From the sequence record PZ445527.1: DNA of 64,000 nt; one strand, 5' to 3'. The position numbers and the translations under genes were made by a program. The notes under the pieces are model-generated. The model did no database searches. It was not told where the DNA came from and saw only the letters and a program-made list of their open reading frames with translations. Position 1 is the stretch's first letter. Each line of letters opens with the position of its first letter. The stretch is from a phage. Shown here piece after piece: positions 47,403-56,503 of the stretch.

Positions 47403-47974
47403 TGTTTATAAGAATTCCTAAATTTCCTGACTATGCAGTGAATGAAAATGGAGAGGTGTATTCTTTTCTCTCCTACAAGTTTCTTACTCCAGGTCAAAAT
47501 ACTGCTGGGTACTTACAAGTTAATTTAATGAAGGACGGTCCCCCTATAAATATGAGGGTGCATAGGTTAGTAGCCTATTGTTTTGGACTACTTCCTGGGT
47601 TAGAATCAGAATTGGTAGTAGACCATATAAATGATGATAAGTTAGATCCTAGACTATCTAACTTGCAGGTATTAACCTACAGAGCTAATGCAATAAAATT
47701 TCATAATAAAAATTGGAGAGAACATCCAGATTTCCTAGTAGAAATTAAGAAATTAGAAAGTATGGGCATAACTAAAGCAGCTGCATCCTATAGGCGCAAG
47801 GCTATGCTTAAATACATTGTGGCTGTTCCCTCTAGTGATACTCTAACCTTAGAATTAATAGAATCTACATATCAGAAAACCAATTCTTGGAGAAAAACTG
47901 CTAGAGTGCTTGGATTTAAAAGCGCCCCAGCTATTCTTTATAGATATAACAAGCTGAAAGCAGCTTCTTTATAA
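47402..47974 (+). CDS. HNH homing endonuclease (NUMOD4 plus HNH_3 type, 190 aa)
   Basis: N-terminal IPKFPDYAVNENGEVYS and HNH motif VDHINDDKLDPRLSNLQVLTYRANA. Confidence 0.8.
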   Translation: MFIRIPKFPDYAVNENGEVYSFLSYKFLTPGQNTAGYLQVNLMKDGPPINMRVHRLVAYCFGLLPGLESELVVDHINDDKLDPRLSNLQVLTYRANAIKFHNKNWREHPDFLVEIKKLESMGITKAAASYRRKAMLKYIVAVPSSDTLTLELIESTYQKTNSWRKTARVLGFKSAPAILYRYNKLKAASL

Positions 47975-47980
47975 ATTTAT

Positions 47981-48009
47981 TTGCATAGTTCAAAAAATTT
48001 CTGTATAAT
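47981..48009 (+). promoter_or_regulatory. T5-type early promoter (TTGCAT-17-TATAAT)
   Basis: Hexamers read directly; conserved leader and GAGAGAGGAG RBS. Confidence 0.8.
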
Positions 48010-48040
48010 AGATTCATAAATTTGAGAGAGGAGTTTAAAT

Positions 48041-48745
48041 ATGGCCGGTTCTCGCAGAAAGAAACATATCCATGAAATCCCGGATGAAGTCTTTAAAAAA
48101 GTTATAGAGCATCTGGAGAACGGTGGTACTAAGAAAGCAGCATGTGAAATGCTCGGCGTATCATCCAATCCGACTATGGAAAGGATGATAGAAGAGTGGC
48201 AAGATCGCCAAATTCAAGTTGCCGAGATGAAGAAAAAGAAACGTGGTACACTCATTGAAGGTATTGAGTTGGCCAACGTTATTGAACAGTATCTATCTGG
48301 TGATTCTTTTGAAGAGATTGCCGATCGTAATTACCGCTCTGTAGCAATGGTTAAATCCGTTCTGGAACGCTATGGTGCTCTGCTTCGTTTGAACGATATT
48401 GTAGATCCATTGAATCCACCAATTATTCCTGATGATGCTGTAGCAGAAGAATTTGAGGTAGGTGAGCTTGTTTGGGTTCCTGGATACCAGTGTATCGGTG
48501 AAATCAAAAAAGCAATGGATAACCCTGTTGGTTGTTACCGTGTATGGCTTCTATCAGAAGGCAAACAACAGAACGTTCATTATATGAATTATGAATTAGC
48601 TTCTGTAAAGCATTTGGAAAAGCTAGGGGTAGACGTAAAATCTCTGGGGTATAAATGGTCCCGGGAAGAAGTTATCACACTGATTAACGAAGCTGTTAAG
48701 GCCGCCTTGAAACTTGATAAAGAAAAAGGAAAACGCCGTGAGTAG
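48041..48745 (+). CDS. putative DNA-binding protein with N-terminal HTH (234 aa)
   Basis: HTH-like block GGTKKAACEMLGVSSNPTMERMIEEW. First ORF after the promoter. Confidence 0.55.
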   Translation: MAGSRRKKHIHEIPDEVFKKVIEHLENGGTKKAACEMLGVSSNPTMERMIEEWQDRQIQVAEMKKKKRGTLIEGIELANVIEQYLSGDSFEEIADRNYRSVAMVKSVLERYGALLRLNDIVDPLNPPIIPDDAVAEEFEVGELVWVPGYQCIGEIKKAMDNPVGCYRVWLLSEGKQQNVHYMNYELASVKHLEKLGVDVKSLGYKWSREEVITLINEAVKAALKLDKEKGKRRE

Positions 48746-48974
48746 ACTAACTGATTTACTTAAAGATGGAGATGTAAAATATCTCCAACGGGATAGCTGG
48801 GAAAATAATAAAGAGTATACTGTACTATTGAAGTTTGACGTAGACAGTAATACTGTACGCCAATACGTGTGGATGCCTTCAGACACTACTCTGCTGCCTA
48901 GTGATGAAGAGGTTGAATTAACACTAGATGAAGCTCTAGCGGATGATTGGGAGATTGTTGAGCTAGATGTGTAG
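48738..48974 (+). CDS. hypothetical acidic protein (78 aa, GTG start)
   Basis: GTGAGTAG overlap with the upstream stop and AAGGAAAA RBS. The track's ATG 48714 lies further inside the upstream gene. Confidence 0.5.
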   Translation: MSRLTDLLKDGDVKYLQRDSWENNKEYTVLLKFDVDSNTVRQYVWMPSDTTLLPSDEEVELTLDEALADDWEIVELDV

Positions 48975-48993
48975 CAATTACCGAAAAATTTCA

Positions 48994-49022
48994 GTTGCTT
49001 AATCCTACAATTCTTGATATAA
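48994..49022 (+). promoter_or_regulatory. T5-type early promoter (TTGCTT-17-TATAAT)
   Basis: Hexamers and spacer read directly. Confidence 0.75.
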
Positions 49023-49080
49023 TATTCTCATAGTTTGAAAGAACTATTCTGTTTAATTCTTAATTAAGGAAATATAAAAT

Positions 49081-49491
49081 ATGACTACTCCAACTCAGTG
49101 GACTGATGAACTGTTCGAAAAAATGTCTTCCGAATATGTTGCTCGTATGGAGCAATTCCCAGAGGATGAACGTCCGAGTGTTAGCATGGAAATTGTTAGC
49201 GAAATTGCCCAGGAAAATGGTGTAACTCCGAACGGTTTTCGTATGAAGCTGACTAAAGCAGGTTTGTATATCAAGAAAGCTGCTGGTTCTACTTCTAAAT
49301 CTAGCGCATCTACTGGAGAAAAAGCTTCCGGTGGTTCTCGTACCTCCAAAGCCCAGGCCCATGCCGACCTTCGTTCAGCATTCTCTGACGCTGGCTTAGC
49401 ACCAGATTTTCTGGATGACGCAATTATCGACAAACTGACCGGTAAAGCGGCCGCTCATCTGGCAGAAGCAATCCGAGCTATCACTAAGTAA
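49081..49491 (+). CDS. codon-optimised putative DNA-binding protein (136 aa)
   Basis: One copy of the W-T-D/E-E...helix motif also repeated in ORF 52766..53533, plus a Ser/Lys linker. The antisense ORFs are shadows. Confidence 0.6.
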   Translation: MTTPTQWTDELFEKMSSEYVARMEQFPEDERPSVSMEIVSEIAQENGVTPNGFRMKLTKAGLYIKKAAGSTSKSSASTGEKASGGSRTSKAQAHADLRSAFSDAGLAPDFLDDAIIDKLTGKAAAHLAEAIRAITK

Positions 49492-49505
49492 TAGGGAGAT
49501 TATAC

Positions 49506-49793
49506 ATGAACAAACAAGAAATTATCTCCGCATGTGAAGCCTATAATGAATTCTATCTCCATTATGAGAAACTACGCCAAAAAGGTACTACGTATCTTCA
49601 GGGTACTATGGATTTTTCTGATAAGTACCTAAGTAAACGTTTTGCCCAGGAGCGTATCCGTCAACCAAAAGATGACGAAATTCTAGTGTTTAGTCGCACT
49701 AATGACAGCTTCCGTTTTATTCCTGTAGCGAAAGTTCGTCGTGTGACTAGCCTCCAATCAGAGTTAGATCGTGCTTCTCCAGTAGGCCGATAA
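49506..49793 (+). CDS. hypothetical protein (95 aa)
   Basis: RBS GGGAGA 6 nt upstream of the ATG; followed by a terminator. Confidence 0.55.
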   Translation: MNKQEIISACEAYNEFYLHYEKLRQKGTTYLQGTMDFSDKYLSKRFAQERIRQPKDDEILVFSRTNDSFRFIPVAKVRRVTSLQSELDRASPVGR

Positions 49794-49803
49794 GAAAACA
49801 ATT

Positions 49804-49826
49804 AGCCCCTATATGGGGCTTTTTGT
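49804..49826 (+). terminator. rho-independent terminator
   Basis: AGCCCC-TATAT-GGGGCT stem followed by TTTTGTG. Confidence 0.8.
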
Positions 49827-49843
49827 GTATTTGGGATATGTAA

Positions 49844-50152
49844 ATGAGCGAACAGGTAAATCAAAACTATGAGGGACACGTTGATGACCAGTCCATCATA
49901 CTTTGGGAGAAGGAGGGGGAACAAGTAAGATTAACAGTATCTGAATTTCGTGGGAATCTATACATGGGTATTCGTTACTGGCTTCTTGATATTAATGATG
50001 AGTGGTTTCCAACGAAATCTGGCTTCTCTTTTCCTTACACCCTAGAAACAACATCACAGCTTTTCTATGCGTTTACACAGATTCTTAGCGAATCTGAGGT
50101 TTTACATGAAGTACAGAAACGAGCTGAAGAACTCAAAGCCAAGAATGCCTAG
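49844..50152 (+). CDS. PC4-like ssDNA-binding protein (102 aa)
   Basis: PC4/YdbC-type core VRLTVSEFRGNLYMGIRYW...WFPTKSGFSF. A PC4-like protein is known in T5. Confidence 0.7.
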   Translation: MSEQVNQNYEGHVDDQSIILWEKEGEQVRLTVSEFRGNLYMGIRYWLLDINDEWFPTKSGFSFPYTLETTSQLFYAFTQILSESEVLHEVQKRAEELKAKNA

Positions 50153-50168
50153 TTCTTGGCTTTTTCTT
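50137..50168 (+). terminator. rho-independent terminator overlapping the stop codon
   Basis: AGCCAAGAA-7 nt-TTCTTGGCT stem followed by TTTTCTTT. Confidence 0.8.
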
Positions 50169-50179
50169 TATAAATGTAT

Positions 50180-50208
50180 TTGCTTTCAACTCAGTTTTGT
50201 TATATAAT
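50180..50208 (+). promoter_or_regulatory. T5-type early promoter (TTGCTT-17-TATAAT)
   Basis: Hexamers and spacer read directly. Confidence 0.8.
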
Positions 50209-50239
50209 ATTTATATAAATTAATGAGAGATATAAATAA

Positions 50240-51211
50240 ATGACTAATGTAAAAGAATTTATTAAACGCTGTCAAGAAGCATATTATCAAGGCATGTCTT
50301 TAATCTCTGATGAAGAATATGATCGTCTGGTAAAACGCTTCCCGTTAGAGGAAGAGATCGGGCCTAAGGGTGATATTCCACACCTATATCGTATGTATTC
50401 TTTACAGAAAGTTTATTATAATCGTGGGGATAAACCACCATTCAATCCTTTAGGTCAGGTGGAAACCGATAAGTTAGATGGTTGTGCAATTTCTCTGCTA
50501 TATATTAACGGTGAATTTGTTCAAGCATTAACCCGTGGTAACGGTATTCTGGGGAATGATGTCACAAGCAACGTAAGATTGCTGAACATCCCTAAAAAGA
50601 TTTCCCAAAAAGTACCTACCCAAATCACTGGTGAAGTTCTAATTACAAAGGAAGTAGAAAATAAACGTAACTTTGCCTCTGGTGCTATTAACCTCAAAGA
50701 TAGCAATGATTTTGTACAACGCATTGGAGAAGGCGGTTTAATTTTTGTTGCTTATGGTATCCAATGTTCTGCTGAATCTGTAGGTATTACAGAAGCATAC
50801 TTAAAAGATATGCTTTGGCTAGAGAATGAGAACTTCTTAACAGTTGTTAATGTACGTTCCTTCTTTAAATGGATTCCAACCGACGGTAAAGTTGTTCGTA
50901 TTAATGATAATAATAAATTCTTCCGCGAAGGGTGGACTAATAAATTCCCTCGTGGAGCATTCGCTATTAAAGAGGATGAAGAAGGCGAGATTACAACTCT
51001 TACTAAAGTTGAATGGGCGACAGGAGCGTCTGGTAAAGTAACTCCAGTTGGTTATTTCGAACCGGTAATTATTGATGATGCAGTTATTACAAAAGCCACC
51101 CTTAATAATGTAGATTATATTAAATCACTAGATTTAGAGATCGGATGTCAGATTAGAGTAGTACGTGCAGGCGGTGTGATACCAAAGATTGTGGAAAGAG
51201 TTTATGAATAG
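50240..51211 (+). CDS. ligA: NAD-dependent DNA ligase, N-terminal part (adenylation plus OB fold, 323 aa)
   Basis: Ia-domain start, KxDG adenylation motif (ETDKLDGCAISLLY) and OB-fold end VRAGGVIPKI. Stops before the Zn finger. Confidence 0.85.
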   Translation: MTNVKEFIKRCQEAYYQGMSLISDEEYDRLVKRFPLEEEIGPKGDIPHLYRMYSLQKVYYNRGDKPPFNPLGQVETDKLDGCAISLLYINGEFVQALTRGNGILGNDVTSNVRLLNIPKKISQKVPTQITGEVLITKEVENKRNFASGAINLKDSNDFVQRIGEGGLIFVAYGIQCSAESVGITEAYLKDMLWLENENFLTVVNVRSFFKWIPTDGKVVRINDNNKFFREGWTNKFPRGAFAIKEDEEGEITTLTKVEWATGASGKVTPVGYFEPVIIDDAVITKATLNNVDYIKSLDLEIGCQIRVVRAGGVIPKIVERVYE

Positions 51212-51845
51212 CGGAGTTTATCCACTGATAGTAAAAGGATATAAATATGTTGGCTATTCCAGAAATATTGATAGAAGGTTTAAGGAGCATACATATACTT
51301 ATGTTACTAATCTAGGTCATATAGACTCCCATATCCCGAGAAACTTACTAGGTGTACAGGTACAGAAGTCAGATATAAGCATAGAAATTCTAGAGTATAT
51401 TTCTCCGGAAGAGAGTACTGATGTATTTTTAAGGGCAGAAGATTTGTGGATACAGAGGATTTGTCCAGAGCTAAATACAAACGTTCCTTTATCTAACTTA
51501 GTCGAAGCAGTAGAATATTGTATTTCAAACCCATCTGAAACGTATAAATCAGCGGCCTCAAAGTTCAACATTACACCTAAAATGTTAGAGCATGTTGCCT
51601 CTGGAGGATATAACTCCTTAGGATGCATTTTATCAAGAAGTACTTTAGAACTATTTCGTAGTAAGAAATATAAAGAACTAATATTAGTACACGAAAATGG
51701 GGCTAGGTTTGTAGCGACGTCTTACCTTGAATTACATAGATTATCTGGGCTAGATAGGCATAGAATATCTGACCTACATAAAGGCAAGTACCCCACCTTT
51801 AAAGGGTGGACCCTTTTAACCCCATCTACCATATCGGAATTATAA
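51204..51845 (+). CDS. GIY-YIG homing endonuclease inserted between the ligase halves (about 213 aa)
   Basis: GIY-YIG core GVYPLIV..YKYVGYSRNIDRRFKEH. ATGAATAG overlap with the ligase-A stop. Confidence 0.8.
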   Translation: MNSGVYPLIVKGYKYVGYSRNIDRRFKEHTYTYVTNLGHIDSHIPRNLLGVQVQKSDISIEILEYISPEESTDVFLRAEDLWIQRICPELNTNVPLSNLVEAVEYCISNPSETYKSAASKFNITPKMLEHVASGGYNSLGCILSRSTLELFRSKKYKELILVHENGARFVATSYLELHRLSGLDRHRISDLHKGKYPTFKGWTLLTPSTISEL

Positions 51846-51853
51846 AGTGGTTA

Positions 51854-51882
51854 TTGACATTTTCGCCGCTTAGGTATATACT
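51854..51882 (+). promoter_or_regulatory. sigma70 promoter (TTGACA-17-TATACT)
   Basis: Consensus -35 box and 17-nt spacer. Followed by an RBS and an 8-codon mini-ORF (MARVSKVN). Confidence 0.65.
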
Positions 51883-51946
51883 ATTATCATTCAGTTGAGG
51901 GATAGAAAGTTATGGCGAGGGTAAGCAAAGTTAATTAAAATTGTAG

Positions 51947-51975
51947 TTGCTAAATGCTTAAATACTTGCTATAAT
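51947..51975 (+). promoter_or_regulatory. T5-type early promoter (TTGCTA-17-TATAAT) for the ligase C-terminal part
   Basis: Hexamers read directly; conserved leader and AAGGAAG RBS. Confidence 0.8.
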
Positions 51976-52005
51976 ATTTATATAAATTGATAAGGAAGAA
52001 ATTTG

Positions 52006-52773
52006 ATGAAAATCGAAATTCCAACACAATGTCCCTCTTGTGGTTCTAAGCTAGATCTTGTCAACGGACAATTATTCTGTCGTAATAAGTCCAACTGTCC
52101 AGCGCAATCAAGTAAGTTAATTGAGAACTTCTGTACAAAAATGAAGTTAAAGGGCTTTGGCCCAAAAACTATTGAGAAGCTGGAGCTGACGAAGATTTCA
52201 GAACTATTTTACCTAACCGAAGAAGATTTGGTTAGAGCCGTGGGTAGCAAGGTTGCCGCTAAGTTAATTAGCGAATTAAATACTAAAGTTCGCGGAGACA
52301 TTGACTTTGGTTCAGTTCTCGGTTCTTTAGGAATCCCTCTGATTGGAGAGGTTGCAGCAAAGAAATTATCCCAAAATTGCACTAGCTTCCACGATGTGAA
52401 GGCTGACGGCAAGGCTGGAGAAAACTATAAAGCCTGGCTAAATTCCCCACAAGGCAAGGATGTAATCGAATTACCGTGGAAATTCTCAAAGGGTGTTAAA
52501 GCTGACATCATTACTGATGGTCTAGTAGCTCAACCAAATGGAATCGCGGTATGTATTACCGGATCTTTGCAAGATTTTGCAAATAGAACGGATGCAACAA
52601 ACTATTTAGAAAGTCTAGGGTATACGGTTAAGAAATCCGTTACTAAAGACGTCAAATACCTAATCTGTGAGGATGAATCAAAACGTTCTTCCTCATCTTA
52701 TAAGAAAGCCGAAACGAATGGGATAGAAATCCTGTCGATTAAAGAACTATTGGAGAAAAATAATAATGTCTAA
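52006..52773 (+). CDS. ligB: NAD-dependent DNA ligase, C-terminal part (Zn finger, HhH, BRCT; 255 aa)
   Basis: CPSCGSKL...CRNKSNCPAQ zinc finger, HhH-like GFGPKTIEKL/GIPLIGEVAAKKL and a BRCT-like ICITGSL...KYLI. Confidence 0.85.
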   Translation: MKIEIPTQCPSCGSKLDLVNGQLFCRNKSNCPAQSSKLIENFCTKMKLKGFGPKTIEKLELTKISELFYLTEEDLVRAVGSKVAAKLISELNTKVRGDIDFGSVLGSLGIPLIGEVAAKKLSQNCTSFHDVKADGKAGENYKAWLNSPQGKDVIELPWKFSKGVKADIITDGLVAQPNGIAVCITGSLQDFANRTDATNYLESLGYTVKKSVTKDVKYLICEDESKRSSSSYKKAETNGIEILSIKELLEKNNNV

Positions 52774-53533
52774 ACTGAACTGGAACGTAGAAGGTGTAAC
52801 CGAGTCTCTGAAAGCAAAAGCCACTGCTCTGGGTGTTGCTGTAATCTCTCAAGAACAAGTAGCTGCTATCGCTGCTGAACTGGCCGCTGAAACTGGTAAA
52901 GATGTTACCGCTCGCTCTGTTGGCTCTAAACTGCGTAAAGAAGGTTTTGAAGTACAAAAAGCTAACGAAGTACAGAAATCCCCGTGGACTCCTGAGCAGG
53001 AAGCTGAACTGGTTGATTTCCTGAACGCTCATGCTGGTCAGTATACCTATGCTGAAATCGCTGCTGCTGTAGCTGGTGGTCAGTTCGGTGCTAAGCAGGT
53101 ACAGGGTAAGATTCTGAGTCTGGAAATGACCGCTTCTGTTAAACCAACCGAAAAAGCTGCTGCTGTTCGTTCCTTCACTCCGGATGAAGAAACTGATTTT
53201 GTTAATCAGGTTGTTGCTGGTGCTACTATTGAAGCTATCGCTGCTCACTTCGGTCGTAATATCAAGCAGATCCGTGGTAAAGCTCTGAGCCTGCTTCGTG
53301 AAGGTCGTATCGCTGCTATGCCGGTACAGGAAACCTCAAGTGCTAAAACTCGTGAAGATCTGTTAGAAGGTCTGGATCTGGTTAACATGACTGTTGCTGA
53401 GATCGCTGAGAAAACTGGTAAGTCTGAGCGTGGTGTTAAATCTATGCTGTCTCGTCGTGGTCTGGTTGCTAAGGACTATGATGGTGCCGCTAAGCGTGCT
53501 AAACTGGATGCAAAAGCTGCGGCTGCTGAATAA
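52766..53533 (+). CDS. abundant Ala-rich DNA-binding protein with four helix-turn-helix-like repeats (255 aa; possibly the T5 D5 equivalent)
   Basis: Four internal repeats ending VGSKLRKEGF, VQGKILSLEM, IRGKALSLLREGRI and VKSMLSRRGLV. Extreme gct/ctg/ggt/cgt codon bias. Confidence 0.65.
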   Translation: MSKLNWNVEGVTESLKAKATALGVAVISQEQVAAIAAELAAETGKDVTARSVGSKLRKEGFEVQKANEVQKSPWTPEQEAELVDFLNAHAGQYTYAEIAAAVAGGQFGAKQVQGKILSLEMTASVKPTEKAAAVRSFTPDEETDFVNQVVAGATIEAIAAHFGRNIKQIRGKALSLLREGRIAAMPVQETSSAKTREDLLEGLDLVNMTVAEIAEKTGKSERGVKSMLSRRGLVAKDYDGAAKRAKLDAKAAAAE

Positions 53534-53551
53534 TCTGGTAAATTAAACCTA

Positions 53552-53585
53552 AGGGGTGGGGGCTATGCCTCTACCCCTTTTTGCA
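53552..53585 (+). terminator. rho-independent terminator
   Basis: An 11-bp stem AGGGGTGGGGG/CCTCTACCCCT followed by TTTTTG. It lies inside the N-terminal extension of track ORF 53556. Confidence 0.8.
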
Positions 53586-53615
53586 TTTAGAAGGCACGAA
53601 AGCGTGCAAAGGAGA

Positions 53616-55088
53616 ATGACCTTGTTTAACGTGCAAGCTGTAGTGTTGAAGATGCTTCTAGCTTCCGAACAGAAGCAAATAGCATTGGAAACATTCTCAA
53701 AACTGCATAAAGATCATTTTAATGACGCTTTCTCCTCAATTTACCAAGCCGTCCAGAATTATTATAAAAAATATAACGCAATGCCGTCCATTGACGCACT
53801 TATGCTTGAGGCCAATAGGAACGCCCGCCTTTCTCAAGCTCTAGTCGTCTTAGCTAACACTCAAATTCCAGAAGTTAGCATGGAACAGGCACTTGAAGTC
53901 CTAGAGGCCGAGTATACACAGGATTTATTCCTGAAGCTTCTAGAAACAGACGTGCTTCAAGATTTAACAATGCTGGATCAGGGAGAAATTCTTAACCGAG
54001 TTGCCTCCCTTCACTTAAAATTAGAAGAGAAAGTAACGAATACTGGAAAAGTATTCAACGCAGATAACATGCGTATTTTCCAGAGAGAAGAAGATACCAA
54101 ACTGAACTTAATCGCTCTTGGTATTTGTAATGAGTTCGACGCTCAAATTGGTTTAGCTCGCACAGAAACGTTACTGCTTGGTGGTTGGCGTGGTACTGGT
54201 AAATCCATTATCTGTTCAAACATACAGGTTCAGCAATATTTGAATGGAGATATTGCTCCATACTTCTCAATTGAGATGAAAGAACATGAAGTATTTAGAC
54301 GTAATCTAGCCATGTTAGCTGGTGTATCAGCACTAGCAATGCGTAATAATACTCTAGAAGGCGCAGCTCTGTTGAGATTAGCCAGAACTAGAGCTAGGAT
54401 GTTTAATGGTGGTGAAGAGCTTTTCGATAACTTCGTTAAACAGTACACAATGGCTAAGATGAGTGATTTCTACGATATGGAAAGTAAGCTAATAGAAGGA
54501 TATGAGCTACATACTCCTATGATTATTGTTTATGATCCTGAGCTGTCTATTACAACAGTTGACGTAGAATTAAATAAATTAGTTGCTAGATATGGGGATA
54601 AAGTTACAGTAGCTTTACTGGACTATATTAACCAAACCCGACTTCCAGACTCTAAAACCATTGATATGTATGACTGGAAAGAACAGATGGTTGTTAGCTC
54701 GTCTTTCAAATCTATCTGCCAGAAACATAACGTGGCTGGTGTAGCCCCTTACCAGATTGATCAAGATGGTAGAACACGTATGTCAAAGGGGATTCTTGAT
54801 TCCGCAGACATGGCTGCTAATCTTAATGCTGCAAAAGCTGATAATGGTCAAGGTGCTATTATGTTTGACTTCGTTAAGACTCGTTCTTCTGATAGCGTGA
54901 AGTTTATGCCTAAAATGAACTGGGAAACCCTACGGATGGATAACACTACCAACCTAGCAATGGAAGATATATCTCAAATGGAAGCTGAGTTCGTTATCCC
55001 TATTGAGAAGGATAAGCCGGCTCAATCTAAACGTGCTAAGAAAGACAAAGCTGAAAATTCAACAGGTGAACAGGCCAGCGATATATGA
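53616..55088 (+). CDS. DnaB-like replicative DNA helicase (about 490 aa)
   Basis: Walker A GGWRGTGKS and a RecA-like core. The start is after the terminator: ATG 53616 or in-frame TTG 53622, 7 nt after GGAG. Confidence 0.75.
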   Translation: MTLFNVQAVVLKMLLASEQKQIALETFSKLHKDHFNDAFSSIYQAVQNYYKKYNAMPSIDALMLEANRNARLSQALVVLANTQIPEVSMEQALEVLEAEYTQDLFLKLLETDVLQDLTMLDQGEILNRVASLHLKLEEKVTNTGKVFNADNMRIFQREEDTKLNLIALGICNEFDAQIGLARTETLLLGGWRGTGKSIICSNIQVQQYLNGDIAPYFSIEMKEHEVFRRNLAMLAGVSALAMRNNTLEGAALLRLARTRARMFNGGEELFDNFVKQYTMAKMSDFYDMESKLIEGYELHTPMIIVYDPELSITTVDVELNKLVARYGDKVTVALLDYINQTRLPDSKTIDMYDWKEQMVVSSSFKSICQKHNVAGVAPYQIDQDGRTRMSKGILDSADMAANLNAAKADNGQGAIMFDFVKTRSSDSVKFMPKMNWETLRMDNTTNLAMEDISQMEAEFVIPIEKDKPAQSKRAKKDKAENSTGEQASDI

Positions 55089-55615
55089 TAACACAGGAAC
55101 GACTAAAAGAACTGTTTGACTACTCCCCAGAGACTGGGGAGTTTACTAGAAAAGTATCTAGAGGCAATCAGAAAGCTGGTAGTATTGCGGGTACTCTAGA
55201 TAGTGGATACATACGGATAAGGGTAGATAGAAAATTATACTTTGCACACCAACTAGCCTTCCTATACATGGAAGGATATATGCCAGAGGAAGTAGACCAT
55301 ATTAATCGAATTACTTGGGATAATAGATGGATTAATATTAGGCCATCCACCCGGCAAGAAAATAGCAGAAATAAAACAGCTAGAAGTAAATCTGGATACT
55401 TGGGAGTTTTCTGGTTTAAGCGGGATCACAAATGGCATGTAAGAGTAGTAAATTCTATGGGAGAAAAAGTTCACGGTGGGCTCTTTAATTACGCAGATCT
55501 AAAGCTTGCAGTCACTAAAGCCAATGAACTACGTCTACAATTACATGGAGAAAATGCTGTTCAAGAGATCTTTGATCCAACTAAGTATCCTTCACTGGAG
55601 GAGTTAAATTCATGA
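55085..55615 (+). CDS. HNH homing endonuclease (MITQERLKEL family, copy 3) between helicase and primase
   Basis: Same architecture as copies 1 and 2 (VDHINRITWDNRWINIR ...EELNS). ATGA overlaps on both sides. Confidence 0.8.
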   Translation: MITQERLKELFDYSPETGEFTRKVSRGNQKAGSIAGTLDSGYIRIRVDRKLYFAHQLAFLYMEGYMPEEVDHINRITWDNRWINIRPSTRQENSRNKTARSKSGYLGVFWFKRDHKWHVRVVNSMGEKVHGGLFNYADLKLAVTKANELRLQLHGENAVQEIFDPTKYPSLEELNS

Positions 55616-56502
55616 GTAGAATAACAGAATTACTTGATCTTAAGGGAATTGAGTATAAAGATACTGGTGGAGATATTTTAATCTGTTGCTTAAATCCAGA
55701 TCATGACGATAAACACCCAAGTTTGCGTATTGACCCTGAAACAGGTATTATGCACTGCTTGAGTTGTGGCTTCGGTAAAGGTATACCGAGCATTTACCAT
55801 TATTTTAATGAGACTCAGTACCGACAGTCCCCAAGACTATCGCAAGTACGTAAAAAGATTTCAGAGATTAGGAATGGATCAACGAATCTTGCAATTCCTG
55901 AATCTGCTTACCTTTTCGAAGGTGATTTCCGAGGTATAAGTTCTAAGACCTTGAAGAAATATTTTGCTTTCCAACACCAAGCAGACTGGGAAGGCAGAAT
56001 TGTATTCCCAATCACAGATGCTGTTGGACGCAATATCCTATTTTTGGGTCGTTCTATAAACAGTTCTGCCCCTCCTAAATACTTAGTAAAACCAAAACAA
56101 GTTTCACCCCCAATTTTTCCTGTACGATATAATACTCCAGTTCTTATTCTAGTTGAAGGCATCTTTGATATGCTGAACCTAGAGGATAATGGTATAGACT
56201 ATGCTTCTTGCTGCTTTGGTACACATCAGTTTACTTCGGATAACATTGCAGATAAGTTCAGTCCTTATATTATTGCCGGTGTAAAAGTTGTTGTTATCTT
56301 ACTAGATAATGATGCTTCTGGTAATAAAGCCGCACAAGCATTGGCCAAGCTAATTCGTACAAAAACACGTTTAACACCTGTAGTTGCTAACTTCTTACTT
56401 CCAGAGGGTAAGGATCCTGGTGATTTAAATAAAGAAGAAGTCGATACGTTAGCAAAACGTATTGAAATTTTAGTTGCTGAATCGCTTAAAGATTTGGTAT
56501 AA
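55612..56502 (+). CDS. DNA primase (DnaG-like; CHC2 zinc finger plus Toprim, 296 aa)
   Basis: Zn finger CCLNPDHDDKHPSL...HCLSCG. Toprim residues VEGIFDML and LLDNDASGNKAA. Confidence 0.85.
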   Translation: MSRITELLDLKGIEYKDTGGDILICCLNPDHDDKHPSLRIDPETGIMHCLSCGFGKGIPSIYHYFNETQYRQSPRLSQVRKKISEIRNGSTNLAIPESAYLFEGDFRGISSKTLKKYFAFQHQADWEGRIVFPITDAVGRNILFLGRSINSSAPPKYLVKPKQVSPPIFPVRYNTPVLILVEGIFDMLNLEDNGIDYASCCFGTHQFTSDNIADKFSPYIIAGVKVVVILLDNDASGNKAAQALAKLIRTKTRLTPVVANFLLPEGKDPGDLNKEEVDTLAKRIEILVAESLKDLV

Positions 56503-56503
56503 T
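56474..56503 (+). promoter_or_regulatory. sigma70 promoter (TTGCTG-18-TATAAT) inside the primase 3' end
   Basis: Hexamers read directly. The -10 box overlaps the primase stop codon. Confidence 0.55.

Noticed and set aside
52739-53248. 169-aa minus-strand ORF rich in Ser and Phe
   Set aside because: It is the shadow of the GCT/CTG-rich D5-like gene. The repetitive codons on the sense strand keep the antisense frame open.
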